From Takakia lepidozioides (Eukaryota > Plantae > Bryophyta), in the NCBI GenBank assembly GCA_030704615.1, contig CM060733.1, forward strand, positions 7,192,001-7,256,000: DNA of 64,000 nucleotides, in the 5' to 3' direction. The position numbers and the translations under genes were made by a program. Below the pieces are notes generated by a model, which saw only the letters and a program-made list of their open reading frames with translations, was not told the origin of the DNA and did no database searches. Positions 36,309-53,349 of the stretch are shown piece after piece; the first letter of the stretch is position 1, and every line of letters begins with the position of its first letter.

Positions 36309-37705
36309 ATGGCAACCTCGGACTTCGTAAGGGGGCTGCAGTTGCACAATTCGCTTTCAATTGCATCATCGTCTTCTTTCACATCAGCTTCCCGATGTTG
36401 GGCTGCTGCACCCAACCCAGTTTCAGCACAAGCTATTGCGCTGGCAGGTTTTTCTTGCAACCACATACGCTCAATCCCCGCTTTAGTAGAGTCTCACAGA
36501 AGCCTCTCTCCCATTAACCTCTCCCTCATCTCAATTGGCTGCGTGCAGCCTGCAACAGCGCTTCGCAACTCCTCCCCCGGCCCGTGTCGTCAATGTAGGC
36601 CATTTTCAAAAGCTAGGCACACAGGTAGCCACACATTCGTCCCCAGAGCGAGCGGGCGAACCAAATTGAGTGAGACTGAGAGCGACAGGGGTGCGAGTGA
36701 TAAGGATGCGAAGGAATCGGAAGCAACATCGGGTGAAGGACAAGACGAAGAAGAGGTGGAAATTTCATGGATTCAAGAAAAAGCTGAAGATGCAATGATT
36801 GCAACAGGGCAGGCGATACAGGCAGTCCCTGGGCCGCGAGTTGGGGGTGGGCACCTGCCATGGCTAGTCGCCCTGCCTCTAGGCTATTTTGGAATCACGT
36901 TGGTGATCGCTGTTGTCAAAACCATAAGAAAATACAACTCTCCGAAGGGCCAACGCAAGCGCCAGGTTGAAGGCCCTCCTCCTCTTTCTACTATCCTCAT
37001 TGTCTCCTCGTCCTCCATCTTCGACCACAGAGCCACAGGATAATTTATGACATAAAACGGTTACTGTTCCATAGCTCAAATGGAAAAGCTACTTCAAAGT
37101 AGCATTTTGCAGGACAGCTTATTGTATACTCTCAATTCCAGTGTCGCTGCTCCGACCTATATCAACTCAGGTACCCATCCATGGAATGACAGAGAGAGGA
37201 CTAAGAAAAGGTCGAAATTTTTTGGGGTTATTTCATCACTATCGGAGTGGAACTTGCTGTGTCAGCGAACTCACCAGTTTGGTCAGTTTGATCACACACA
37301 GGACATTCTATTGCTGTGTTTCTCAGGAGACAGTCATTCATGTGTCAAACTTATATAACTTGGTGCCTACAAAATGGGATGTGACAGGTTGGGAAGAATG
37401 CGTATTTGTGTGAGTCGCTTGGAGAGTACCTGCCAAATAGAAGAGAGGAACTGGACTCCAAGAAGCTTCGGGAACTGGAGCAGAAGGTAGACTTCAATTT
37501 ACCAGTGCATAGTGTACTTTGTTCTCTTCCTCCAATTTTTGGGGATGAAAATGTCACCTCCAAAGGTACTGAGTCCTGTTTATTCCTTTGGGGCAGGGTG
37601 TGGAGAGGACTTAATATGTGTGTGTGAGAGAGAGAGAGAATGTCCACATGTGACGTTGTTTGCCACAGCCTTATGGCCATAGACCCCACGCCCAGTTTGC
37701 GTGGG

Positions 37706-37742
<37 letters not shown>

Positions 37743-39822
37743 CACCGAATGCTTTTGCACTACACAGTTAAATCCTCAGGGGAGCCTAACAGTATGGTGA
37801 TCTATTTAGTATCACAAACACCAGAGCTTGGACATAGTGCGAATGCATGTGCGAGCTGTGCTCTAGGTGATCACGCGCAGGAATTTGAATAGAGGAATGG
37901 AGAGGCAGAACCTGGTTTTCATCTGCATGTTGTTGCAGTGCCAATTTGACACAAAGGAGCTGCTCCGCAAGTACATCCGTTATGCACTCAATGAGAGGCC
38001 TTTCAACCCTGATTTGGTGGCTGATCTAATCCACTTGCGAAAAGTATCGAGTTTGCCAGAAAACGATGTTGCTGAAGTTCTAAATGAAGTCTCTCGGCGA
38101 ATTGTGAAATCGAAAGGTACTCCTCAATTTTCCAATGGAAATGGTGGGGCAGGAACTTCTTGCATTGTGGTCAATCAAGAGAGTTACAGCTAATTGATAT
38201 TGTAGGGGCCTTGTGGCAGCATACCTTCTCAAGCTCAGTAATAGTTGGCAGGCATTCAGTAAGCAGCTCAGAGACAAATGTATCAACAGGCCCCCTCAAA
38301 GAACGCAGACTGTTTACAGAAAATTAACACCTCAGGTAGAAGAAGTTATAAATTTGAGCTTCTCAACTGTGTTATGAACATTCCAATCCCTGCACTTCAC
38401 TGTTCCAGTCACTAGCTTTCCAAAAGTATGCTGAGATCTGCTAAGGATAAAGATGAATGATGATTGGGGGTGGGCACAGTTTCCATTTTGGTTGAATGTT
38501 AATCATGTTCACAACTTCCCGCTTGGGATGTGTACCATCTTTCAAGTCCTGTATCTCACAAATGTATCTGATTCTTGTCCATTTATGAATACCTTGCCTT
38601 TCTTGCCTCAGCCAGTACATTAGGGTATAGTTTTAAGGGAAGAGGAAAGTTTGAGCTCAAAGAGGACTGGCAGTCAATTGTTTATGAATGTGCTGGTCTT
38701 GATGGTTCTTCTTGCTTGATATCAGGCACAGTTGTTATGAATCTACAGGGGTTCACTGAGAAGGGCATCAAACGCAAGGCTTCTGTCCAGGCACTTTTCA
38801 GCAAGATTCTCTATCTCTCTGAGGTGAATTGTTAATGCCCGCCCTACATCAGCAATCGTGAGAACAAGTTTGATTAGTAGCAGACGAGATGTTGGAAAAA
38901 TTGGGGTGCAAGAGAGACAGTGTCTTCGTTAGTGTGAAGGTTTTCCAAATATATAAACACGAATGCCTTGCTGCCGTAGACCCATGAGATGGTGGGTATG
39001 GACCTGCCATACCCTCTGACAAAACTTAGCTGACATTATTATCTATCTTATCACAAAATATCAAGCACAATACCACAGTGGTAATGTACTTCTGGAGCAG
39101 AGAATTGAGCTCAATATCACAAGAGTGGGACAACCTCAGGCCATATTAGTATTGAAAAGGGGGCATCTAGCAGTAATACTAACAATGTGGGATTGTTGGC
39201 TTTGTGATAGTTGGATGAATTTGTATCAAGTGAAAGCCGGAGCTCATTGACCATTAAGACAACATTCGGTGTTACTGAGTATGTTACTTTCCTCGTGGGG
39301 TGAAGTTTTGTCTCACTGAGTCCATCTTTTGAAAGTTGATCCAAAACATTGAAGAAATTGCAAGGATGAGATTAGAATAGAATCCTTTGTAAAACTGAAC
39401 AGCAATGGTAGAGTTGGCAACACTTTGGATCCGCCCAAGGGGTAGATAAGTCTTGTCAAATGAGCGGTGACCAGGGAGTCTCAAGGATTTCACATGTGTG
39501 CCCTCACAAGTGGCCATATTGTTCTTAAAAAAAACATGTGTTCTGTATAGCTTAAAATTCCATTCTGTCAATAACATCAAGGTCGACTGGCCCTTGCTCA
39601 GACAAAACTGACCTCTTGAGCTGATTACGCAATCTGAATGACAACGGTTCACACCTAAATCTTTGTATGTGGGTTTGATGATGGCTTTGCAGTCAGGATG
39701 CAGATAGCATTCGCATTGACACACTCTCAGAGGCATCTGACATGGAATCTCTGGAGAAAATGGTGGGATCTGCCGAGTCCGAGTCTGATGCTGAGGAGGC
39801 TGATACTGCCAGTAGTAGTTGA
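36309..39822 (+). CDS. Plastid-targeted single-TM protein with helical (armadillo-like) C-terminal domain, At2g44870-like; 6 exons
   Basis: S/A-rich transit peptide, then SWIQEKAED, GPRVGGGHLPWLVALPL-TM, KYNSPKGQRKRQVGKNA, ELLRKYIRYALNERPFNPDLVADLIHLRK, GFTEKGIKRKASVQALFSKILYLSE, FGVTDQDADSIRIDTL. GT-AG junctions are consistent. The ortholog name is from recall. Confidence 0.85.
37641..37706. repeat. Dispersed ~60-nt element copy embedded in a (TG)n(AG)n microsatellite
   Basis: tgtccacatgtgacgttgtttgccacagccttatggccatagaccccacgcccagtttg. Confidence 0.8.
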
Positions 39823-40069
39823 AAGAGAAAGAAAGACATGTGCCCATCTGACTCGGCCTATCGTAGCCATGTGACATAGACTTCACACCCAGTTTGCTGG
39901 AGAGAATTAGAGAGGAAAGAGAACACGGGAGTTAGAATTACTTGAGCGAAAAACAAAAGCGAGAAAAAAGAGAGCGTTGCTCCCATTCTGGCAAAAGGTG
40001 GGGGAAACTGGGAGAGAGGTGCTCCTTATACTCCTTCACTTTTTTAGCCATGCTTATTTTTGGAGGTTG

Positions 40070-40430
40070 CTACACCATGGCTGAACAGGAAGAGGTTTGC
40101 CACACTTCCCACAACATCTTCACACCTGTGACACTTTTGGAAAAAGTAATACACTGGATCCATGTCAAAAGATGCCATATTTCTGAGCAGCCCAAAGGCC
40201 AGAGGTCAACATTGTCTTGTTAGAGCTCTCTCATGAGAATGTGTATCAAGAAGTCCTCAAAAGCAGCAAGGCCTTATGAAAATGAGGGGCTCTGCATAAT
40301 TGGCACCATAAGTGAATGTACTCCTTAAACAGACTGTTGCCTTGAGTATCCGGCCAGTCTCTTTCACATGAGAAGATAATCTAATCTGATGGCTAGTGAT
40401 AGTTTGAAGATAAACCATGCATTCTATTTC
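40070..40430. repeat. Diverged copy of the sequence at 48198-48395 (RPT5 upstream region)
   Basis: Shared ccatggctgaacagg.aagaggtttgccacact..cccacaacatc, ataattggcaccataag..aatgtactccttaaac and aaaccatgca.ttctatt. This copy has ~170 extra bp inside. Confidence 0.85.
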
Positions 40431-40869
40431 ATATGTTCTACTAGTGCTTTGATTTGCCACTAGTGAGGACTTCAGCAAACAATGTGCAATTGTGGGGTCT
40501 ATCTATATTATGAATGTTGTTTTGGAAACTATTTCCTTCTTTTCTAAAATCTAAAAATCTAAAAACCTCTCAAATTAGTTGGTCAAGGTTAAAAAACCAT
40601 GTTTTCAAAAACAGAAACAAAAAATTCATCCTCTTTAAAACCATATAATCTCCCACATTTCACGGTGAAACAAGTTCAGTTTTGGGGAGTGAATGCAAGT
40701 GCCAAGTGTGCACCTACGTGTAAGGTTCAGTTTTCTGGTTGATTTTTGATAGGTAGTTACTCTCATTTTACTGGGCATGGGTAGTAAATTTTAGGTGTCA
40801 AAAAATGAACCATGTAGAAAGTTAAGGGTTAAGAAAACAATGTTTTGGAAAGGGATAAGTTCGTTTTTT

Positions 40870-42400
40870 GGTAATTTTATTTTTTATTTTTACAGAACAA
40901 GGGACAGAGGCCTTGGAAAATTTATTGATAATTATTGTGGGGATAAAAATTAAAACCCCCAGAACGCCATAAGGCACACACACTGGGAATAGTGTTCAAC
41001 GATCCAATCCTCAACAGCAGAGTGTTGAGACATCAAGGGGCTTGCCCTTACACGACAACCAATACAGGACCCATTCACGACAATCCTAGACAGGACCACT
41101 TCATGAGTAACATGACAGAGCCTTAATGCTCGATTCTCAAAGTGGAGATGCAACAAATGCATCTATGAAGGAGTAGTGTTTGACTTTCCTGCAGCAGAAC
41201 TTAACTATCTGTAGTGAAGTCTCGAGGCAATAGTGGAGGACTTGACGTGCTTCCAATTCACCTCACGGTTGAACCCGGGGGATGCCATGGAGGAGGGAGC
41301 GCAGATCCCTCCAGATGGCGGGAGGGATGGGATTCCACTCGCAGTGGTCAATTGAGGAGGATTGACAGATGATACCATTTTTCCCCAGCTGTTTTGGAAG
41401 GCTTCGTGTATGCTCGATGCTGACTCCGAGTGCCGCTCGATGTCTGCACACGTTTTGGCCCACACTTTTCGTGATTCAACACCCAGATCATACAAGACAT
41501 TGGCAAGCAGAGAGCTGACGGTGTTTCCAGAGAAGGTTTTTTTGCATCTTATCTTCCAAAGATGCCAAAGCGTTGAGCCTCTAAGAGATTCAAAAACCAG
41601 ACGTTTATCATAGTTAAGCATCAGGTCTGATGTGGACAGCGATCTACTGCTCCAGTTTAGATGGAATGCTTTAACTTTAGGCCACACTTGAGCTGGTCCA
41701 TGACAAGAAATAAGGCGGTGTTCTATAGACTCAATGATTCCAGACGAGCAGCAATCATAAAGAATGGCCGTTTGGAATTGCAGCCACTCCCCAACTTTGA
41801 TCACTCTGTTTACCAATTGCTAGAGGAATGCGGAGATCTTTGCAGGACGAGATTTAAGCCAGACGGAGCTCCAAATGGGATCCCAGTTCTCATCTTGAAA
41901 CCCCAGCAGGTCCCATCTTGCCTCCCATTTCGCTTTCATTGGCTGAGGGTTGGAGAGAGCTTTATAAGCTTTCCTGGTTGTGTATGTAAAAAAAGGTTCT
42001 TGTCTTCTAGAGAACCGCCAAGACCACTCCATGGGATCAATTTCCATCTCTGCCAAGGATCTGCCCAGGATCCAGATGCAGGTATTTGAAGCGAGCCAAT
42101 GTGGGGAGGTAAGGGGGAGGAGAGGGTTGAAGCTTTTCTCTGTGGATGACCATTGACAAACCCTGATTGGTGTTAGGGGAATAGGCTGTATATTGAGTAG
42201 TGAGAGAGCGAGGGTAGTGGTATTGATGTTGAAAGGGTAAGCGACAAACATCTTGGGGGAACAATTTCTTAATGTACCATCTTCATGGCAGATAATCAAT
42301 ATATTCAACAAGGTAAGTTGATAATCAATATACTCGGCAAGGTAATTTGTTTCGTTTTGTTGTGTTTGTATGTACATCGAGATATCCCAAACCTCTTGAC
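40870..42400 (-). mobile_element. 5'-truncated L1-type LINE: ORF2 C-terminus (zf-RVT region), 3' UTR and A-rich tail
   Basis: YTTRKAYKAL, WDPIWSSVW..SRPAKISAFL, ESIEHRLISC...AQVW, TLWHLWKIRC. The A-rich tail follows ggcctctgtcccttgttc at ~40890. Confidence 0.85.
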
Positions 42401-43829
42401 CTCTGCCGGGGTTCTTGATACCGCTAGAAAGCCCTCAATGAGTAGGGGTGTATTGAGGCGATTTCATAATTTGGACCTTTAGGGTGAGAGATACTGAAGT
42501 GCAAGTATTTTTTGTCACTGGATCTTTATGAAAAACAGCAAATTGGGTCTTTCTGGAATATTGGCCCTTCATTTGTCTTTTGGTGCACATTGGCACATGC
42601 CACACCCAAACTCAAAGGCCTCCACCCATGTCTTGATACTTGCTGCTACTGGATGAGTAGGGGTGCATCGCCCATCCGAGAGTGGTACACATGACTTCCC
42701 TTAATGACCCTTTGGCAGGAAAAAAAAAATTGTCTGTTGCAACTTGCAGTCATAGGATGAGTGTTTTTGGACAACCAGTCGCATAGACTCTCTGCTTGAA
42801 TTGGACATGATTCCTACTTTCTTTTTTCTTTCTTTTTTCTTTTTCTTTTTTAGAGAAGGCCGCTGGAAGAGCCAAAATATATTAAAAAATAATATTATTA
42901 AAATAATCTCATAGTACAAACCATGAAGGATGAAAAAGGTGACACTGCCGGATAACCAATACCCAAGGAGATCTGCAAAAAGCTAAGGATAAGAAGCGTC
43001 CGCAGCTAAGGAGAGAGAAAAAGACTAGACGTTGTCATTTTTGGCCTCTAGGATTCGAAAGAGAGGTGGGTCATAGATTTCTTAGACTCCACTAGTGTGA
43101 TGTGTCTTCAAGTAACATCTCCCTCAATAATATCTATCTTATTGAACAACTTATGAAAAATAAATGGATGAAATTTCAAGTTTATTATGGATGAAAGTGA
43201 CCATTCACAAAGAGAAGTCATACAAGACTAACTAGCTGCTTTTTACTAAGGATTTGGTTGTGTATGGCATGACCATGAGTACCTTAAATTCTTGGGTGGC
43301 CCAGTTGGGCACGAGTTCCTTTTGATTGATGTATTTGATATTATTAAGTAATTTTCATTCATGCTCGAACATTTCATATTGGATCTCTTATGTAAAAGAG
43401 AGACTATGAACTCGGGAAAAAATGTGATCAAGGGACCTTACATGGTGTTAAAGCTCCGATTGGTGTGTTGTGCTGAGTCAAGTACCAGGGCTTCATGCAA
43501 AGGTGAACCAAATAAAAGTTTTGTTAGCAAAGATATTAGACTTTAATTTTCTTAAAATGAATCTATCTCTTTCATACACAAGTGCAGGGCTTAAGTGTGT
43601 CATGCATAGTCTACATTCCATAAACATCTCATTGTACTCGTTAATATGTTTTTTCTTAGTTCTTTTGAGTTTTAAAGCTAATCCCGAATCCGGACTGTGA
43701 ACGGAACTTGTTGGTACTATTAACTTAACTTCTCACATAATTGAGTTCATAGGCCACAAATAAACTTTACTCCATTATTTGTACCAGATGCAGTACAAGT
43801 GAATGTTGAAAGCTAAAGTACTTGGGCGA

Positions 43830-46800
43830 CCCAGGGAGCTCCGCATTTTGCGGTGAGAGAGCTCAACGGTCTCTTCGTCTCTCTCCTGAGGCTTAGCTTG
43901 CTTGGATACTGCCAGGTTATGGTTCTGCTTCCGTTTCTACTATTTTTCTACAAGCCTGGATTACTCATGGTTCTTTCAAGCCACCTTTGCGGTTTTTTGG
44001 AGCCTCAATGCGTTGACAGCGACATCTTAATCGGGTTCCCTTCATCCTAAACCCTCCCCGTTTCATTCATCATTTTTTTGCATGTCGCCGTCACTACACT
44101 TAACTTTCCCTTCCCCCGCTCTCAGCTGCCGGCTGATATTAACGACGAGTTAAAATTTGTCCTGGCACCTCACATCCAGATCGGCGCTACGCTTGAGTTC
44201 ATGCCAAGAGAATCGTCTCCCTCTCCTTGTATCTAGCTCGTTGTATTGCCCCGCTCCCTGCCTTCTTAGCATTCCTTGCAAGATCTACCAGCTTCTCTTC
44301 CGGAATTTCCACTGCACTTGCTGGGCTACTCTGTTTCTGTCTTCCCCCCCCCCCGCTCCCTCTCCCTGCCTTCTTAGCGTTCCTTGCGAGATCTATCAGC
44401 TTCTCTTCCGGGAATTTCCATTGCAGCTGCTAGGCTGCTCTGCTACTGTCTGTCCCCCCCTGCTCCTCGTTCTTTCCTCTCCTTTGGCTCTCCTCTACCA
44501 TGGGTCCCAACCGGTGTTGGACTGGTATATAGGTGAAGGACTGGTATAAAGTACTGGTATATGCACTGGTATTAGATACCAGACCAGTCTGGTATTGTTT
44601 GGGAGAATAATTGGTCATGTACCAGACCAGGCCGGTATCAGTTTTTTCATACCAGCCACAATACCAGTACTCCCCCGCAGTCTACCTCATTTACTCTGGT
44701 ATGTGTACCATATTAATTTATGTGTACATTTGCCTATACATTTGTATTTATGTATATTTACTTCTAAAGCCATCTTGAATTACAAGTTTATCAAATAGCA
44801 AATATCAAGTGAAAATAAATACAATACACATAAAGGATGATACTAGAGTTGATACCTCATACCAGCTGGTATTGTGGTCATGATACTCATACTCATACCA
44901 GTATTTGGACAAATATACATCCACCATTATATAGACCAGACTGGTATGAAAACTTTGTGATACGCCTGGTACCAGGACCAGACTGGTATGTAAAAAAACT
45001 TGATACCAGTCCAACACTGGTCCCAACAGTCTAGTTCACCAACATTCTAAGTCCTCCAGCTCGCCTCGTCGCCACCAAGGCGTGCACAGACCTCTGCTCG
45101 GCGGTGGGTCCCAGCCCTCCTCGGGATTCTTCATGGAGGCCCACAAAGCGCGATCCTCTGCTGGTAGGCAGTTCTACTGGCCTAAGCAGCTCTTCCCTGG
45201 CACGATGATTCCTCATCTCCCTCAAGTGCCAGAGTCCGTCACAAACGTGGTACCCCCAATTCGGGCTCCCCCTATTCCAAAGCTGTAAGACACCTCTCCA
45301 GACCCCGAAGAGGACGAATTTTTCCCCCACCCCCTGGAAGAGCAGGAATCGATGAGCATGGATTACCCGCTCATAAAGATGGACATCCAGGGCCTCAGTG
45401 GCCGAATTTCAGGTATGGAGGAATCCGGTATTCTACTTCATTTTCTTGGAAGGAAAGTCATTCGATCCCATGTGAGAGAACAGTGGGCAATCCGTTATTT
45501 GGGAGGTCAGGGTGAGCTCATGCACCATTTCTGTGTAGCAAAAGGGAGGGGGTTTTTCTAGATCATGTTTGAATCCAAAGAGGCGGCTTCTCAGGCATTG
45601 CAGTTTAATCCGCACTTGCAAGGATTCAACGTAAATATTTTTCCTTGATCCTCCAAGCTTGGGAAAGGCTTGGGAACATGAACGACAAACTGTGGGGTCC
45701 TAGAATCGTCTCTCTCCCCTTCACCCTGACCAGTATCTGGTCAATCTGCCAGATATAGCAAACCATTTTGGTTCCTATCTTGGCTGCCTTGGTGTCTTCA
45801 ATCCACTCATGAATACAGACACTCTTCTTCTACTCAAATCTTACCAAGCTCCTCGCCTACAACACCCCCTCCTCCTCCGCCTGTCCCTCCCTTTCCCTCT
45901 CTTTCCCTTCTGCCCCCTCCTCCTCTGTCTGCTGCCCTTCTACAGTTTAGTCTTGTCCATATTGCAAAAAAACAAAAAGACCCCTCTAACCCAATGCATC
46001 TTGAAGCTAGCTCTTTCTTTTCTACCCCTCCTGGCCCTGGGGAGCGGCCCCTCACTGGCATTGCTAAAGCTGCTCCCCAAGCCAACCACCTCCCCTTTGC
46101 AGCGACCGATACTACCCAGGGATCCTCTAGGCAGCTCCTACCTTGGGCTATTGCGGGCAACCCAGTAGTGGCAATAGTTTGTAAATCCATTAAAACTTTT
46201 TCGGATCTGATCTTGCCCGGCTGCTCCAAGTTGACTGGTAATGCTGTTCCAAAAGCTTCCCGTGTCACTCCCATAATCTTCCAGAAAGGTCCCCTCCCCG
46301 ATTACCTCGGAGGATAGACACGATCTGGAGATCACCAATCAGGATGTGCTTAATTTTATAGCCAAATGCCCTCCCAAACAACAGCTTGCAATGCATGCTC
46401 ATGGCCAAAATCCAGGAATTCTTTTCAAACAACATGCCATGCTATCTCATTGCCCCCTCCTCGGTCGTTACTTGGGGGAGCATATCTAGAGGAACACTGG
46501 CATCTGAACTGCAAGCCATCCACCCACATATTGGCGCTAATGGAAGATGCTGATATTTACCACACACTCCCAGGCAAGGCTTGGTGGATTAGGGAGGACA
46601 ATCTGGCAAAACCGTGGGGATCGCAGCCATCACAAATCAGGGCAAAGATGCCCTCACCAATGCATTCGCCCTTCTCTCATGGCTACTCCATCAACAAATT
46701 AACGACGAGAACCACAAAGATGACCTGCTGAGGACAAGAGACCACCTCAGAGGAATAAGGCCCGGCCCCTCCGACTCCTCTTCTTCAAATGCCTCTACTG

Positions 46801-47700
46801 GTGAGCAGGCCACTGCTGTTCGTGCACCGCCGCATTCGCTAGGGGAAGATCAAGACATCTCAAAGGAGCTGGAGGAGCTTGTTGTGCTGCCTGCGAAAAC
46901 CCCCTCCACTTTGGTCAATCTCCTCCCTTCTCTCCAAGAGGTCGAAGCTGCTATCAGCTCTGCTTCACGTCCATCCCTGCTATTGCCCCAACTTCCCCAA
47001 CACCTGCTTCCCAGGAGGTCAACTCTCCTAAATCTCAGATTGCACGAGGGCCTCTAGGCAAGCACCTGCAATCCATGCCGAATTCAAATCAACGTCGGCC
47101 TGCCATGGCGTCATTTGTCAAAGCGATGAGCAAGATCAATGTACTTGGAACCCTTTCCCCCCTCAACGCTGGAGAAACCTTCGAGCTCCACTCCACGGCC
47201 TCCCTAGAGTTTGAGCGTGAAGTGAATTGGAAACATATCAAACACCCAGCCATGACCTCCGGGCTCAATTTTCGATAGTGTGCTCTGATCGTAGATTAGC
47301 TTCTCGATAATCGATGCTTAGACGCATGCTTGTTTTGTGCTAATATGGGCATTGTCGGTGTGGTTAAGATGGTTCTGTAAGCTCAAGGATCTAACGATCG
47401 AATGTTCAAAATCTCAAGGTCGAACGTTCGAAATCTCGAAATCCTTTCAAGGATTCTTTCATTCGATCACCATTCATTTGTAAGCTTTCAAGGATTCATT
47501 CGTCCTAAGCAGTCCTAAGCTCAAGGAAGCTTCCTGTACTCCAAGGTGCAGGCTTTGGATCCCCCCTCATTGACTACGGTGTGTGACCCTGATGGTGTTA
47601 TCTAGGGTTTTATTTTTTTTCCCCTTCATTTTGCAGTAAAGTTCTCAGGGCCTCACCCTTGTTACCTTTAAAAAAATTATAATACTTTTTAAAAAAAATA
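43830..47700 (+). mobile_element. Degenerate LINE-derived element with ORF1-like (DUF4283-like) coding remnants, no visible EN/RT, and a LINE-type 3' end
   Basis: ILLHFLGRKVIRSHVREQWAIRYLG...AKGRGFF (45420-45560) resembles plant L1 ORF1. It ends with EREVNWKHIK...LNFR*, then a UTR with gggcctcacccttgtt and an A-rich tail at ~47670-47700. The 5' boundary is a guess. Confidence 0.55.
44512..45019. mobile_element. hAT-family MITE, 508 bp
   Basis: TIRs C(G/A)GTGTTGGACTGGTAT. Perfect 8-bp TSD GTCCCAAC at 44504-44511 and 45020-45027. Many TACCAG/CTGGTA subterminal repeats and an AT-rich core. Confidence 0.95.
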
Positions 47701-47719
47701 CTCATAGCAAGCTGGTATC

Positions 47720-48180
47720 AGAAAATTGTGTGAACTCAGTACCTTGACTGATATGAAAAATTCAAATATCGAAAGAACCCCCCAACACACTCTAGCCATC
47801 CATGCGGCCTTCACGTCCACATGGGCAAGAAATGGCCACTTATGCACCAGCTCATTGCACACAATCTGCATCTGGACCGTCCTCCCACCAGTCGGCTGGA
47901 GAAATCTGGGCGTTGGTGTCACCAGAATTTGACAGAGATATCAATTGGTGCCACATCAAATCGGCAGCTAGACTTCAGTTCCGCTGAACTTTCAGTTTTT
48001 AAAGGATCAGTTACTGAAAGCTTCTCATTTGCCTTGCGTGCTAGTGCTCTACCATCAGGACTTCATGGACTCCATCTTCCGATAGGGGCATAGCAGCCCT
48101 AGTTTTTCTCTTAATCCAGGGCCTCTGTCCCCTGTTCACGAAGGAAAATAAAAAAACCAAATAAAACCAAAAAAACTCCA
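47720..48180 (+). mobile_element. Short 5'-truncated LINE 3' end of the same family as 40870-42400
   Basis: AIHAAFTSTW...FDRDINWCHIKSAARLQFR*, then ggggcctctgtcccctgttc and an A-rich tail at 48145-48176. Confidence 0.75.
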
Positions 48181-48649
48181 ATACTAACTTAGACCCGCTA
48201 CGCCATGGCTGAACAGGGAAGAGGTTTGCCACACTTTCCCACAACATCATAATTTCCATATAATTGGCACCATAAGCAAATGTACTCCTTAAACTGACCG
48301 TTGGACTGAGTATCCATCGACGGTTTCTCTTACACGAGAAAATAGTCTAATCTAACGGTCGACGGTAGTTTTGAAGAAAAACCATGCAATTCTATTGGCT
48401 GACTAGAATTTAATGGTACAAATCTTGTATAATAAATTTGGGAGCCGCGAGGAATTGAGCCCCTGACTTGCAAGAGCTACGTCCTGTGTAGCCCTAAATC
48501 CTCGCAGATAGTTGCGGGAGCATCGTTGCAGAAGGCAGCGATCGATCGCTTGTGTTGTGTGTGAATCGTTGGCGTGCTAGGGCGTTTGTGTGGAAGATTG
48601 GCCTGGAGATCGTGTTGGTGTTGTAGCACAAGTGATTTTAGAGAAAAGA

Positions 48650-52826
<4,177 letters not shown>

Positions 52827-53349
52827 ATGGCGAGTTGTAGCTGTGGCCAAATGCAAAGCAGTCTTTGGCCTGTTAGGATGAGTGGCCCTTGTCAGTGGCT
52901 GTTGCCATCAAAATTAGGTATGATGTGCAAAGGCTGTGAGACCTGCTTCGCTCTCTGTTCAGTATTTGTGGAGTTCATTGGGACACTATGAAATCCAGTA
53001 GATGAGATTACATGTGGATTTATGGATACTACTTGTTACTTGGATTTGTAAATGGAAGCCCTTCTTTGTGTTTGACTGGCTCGACCAAGGCTGTTCCATT
53101 TCTCTGTTTTGATACATGGATGATCTGTGTCTTCGCAATGTAAACATGGCAAGAAGACCTCTGTCTTATGTTTGGCATTTGACCAATGCCCCTGCAGTGT
53201 ACCATGGATTACTTGAATTCTCTCATTATGTAATCTGATCAATTGGCATAATGCTAACCCTGTGGTTTGATGACCTCCTGATACCGAGGTTTTTCTACAC
53301 TAGGTTCTGAGGTTCACCTGAAGCTGTCATACATCCTTGTATGTCTGTT

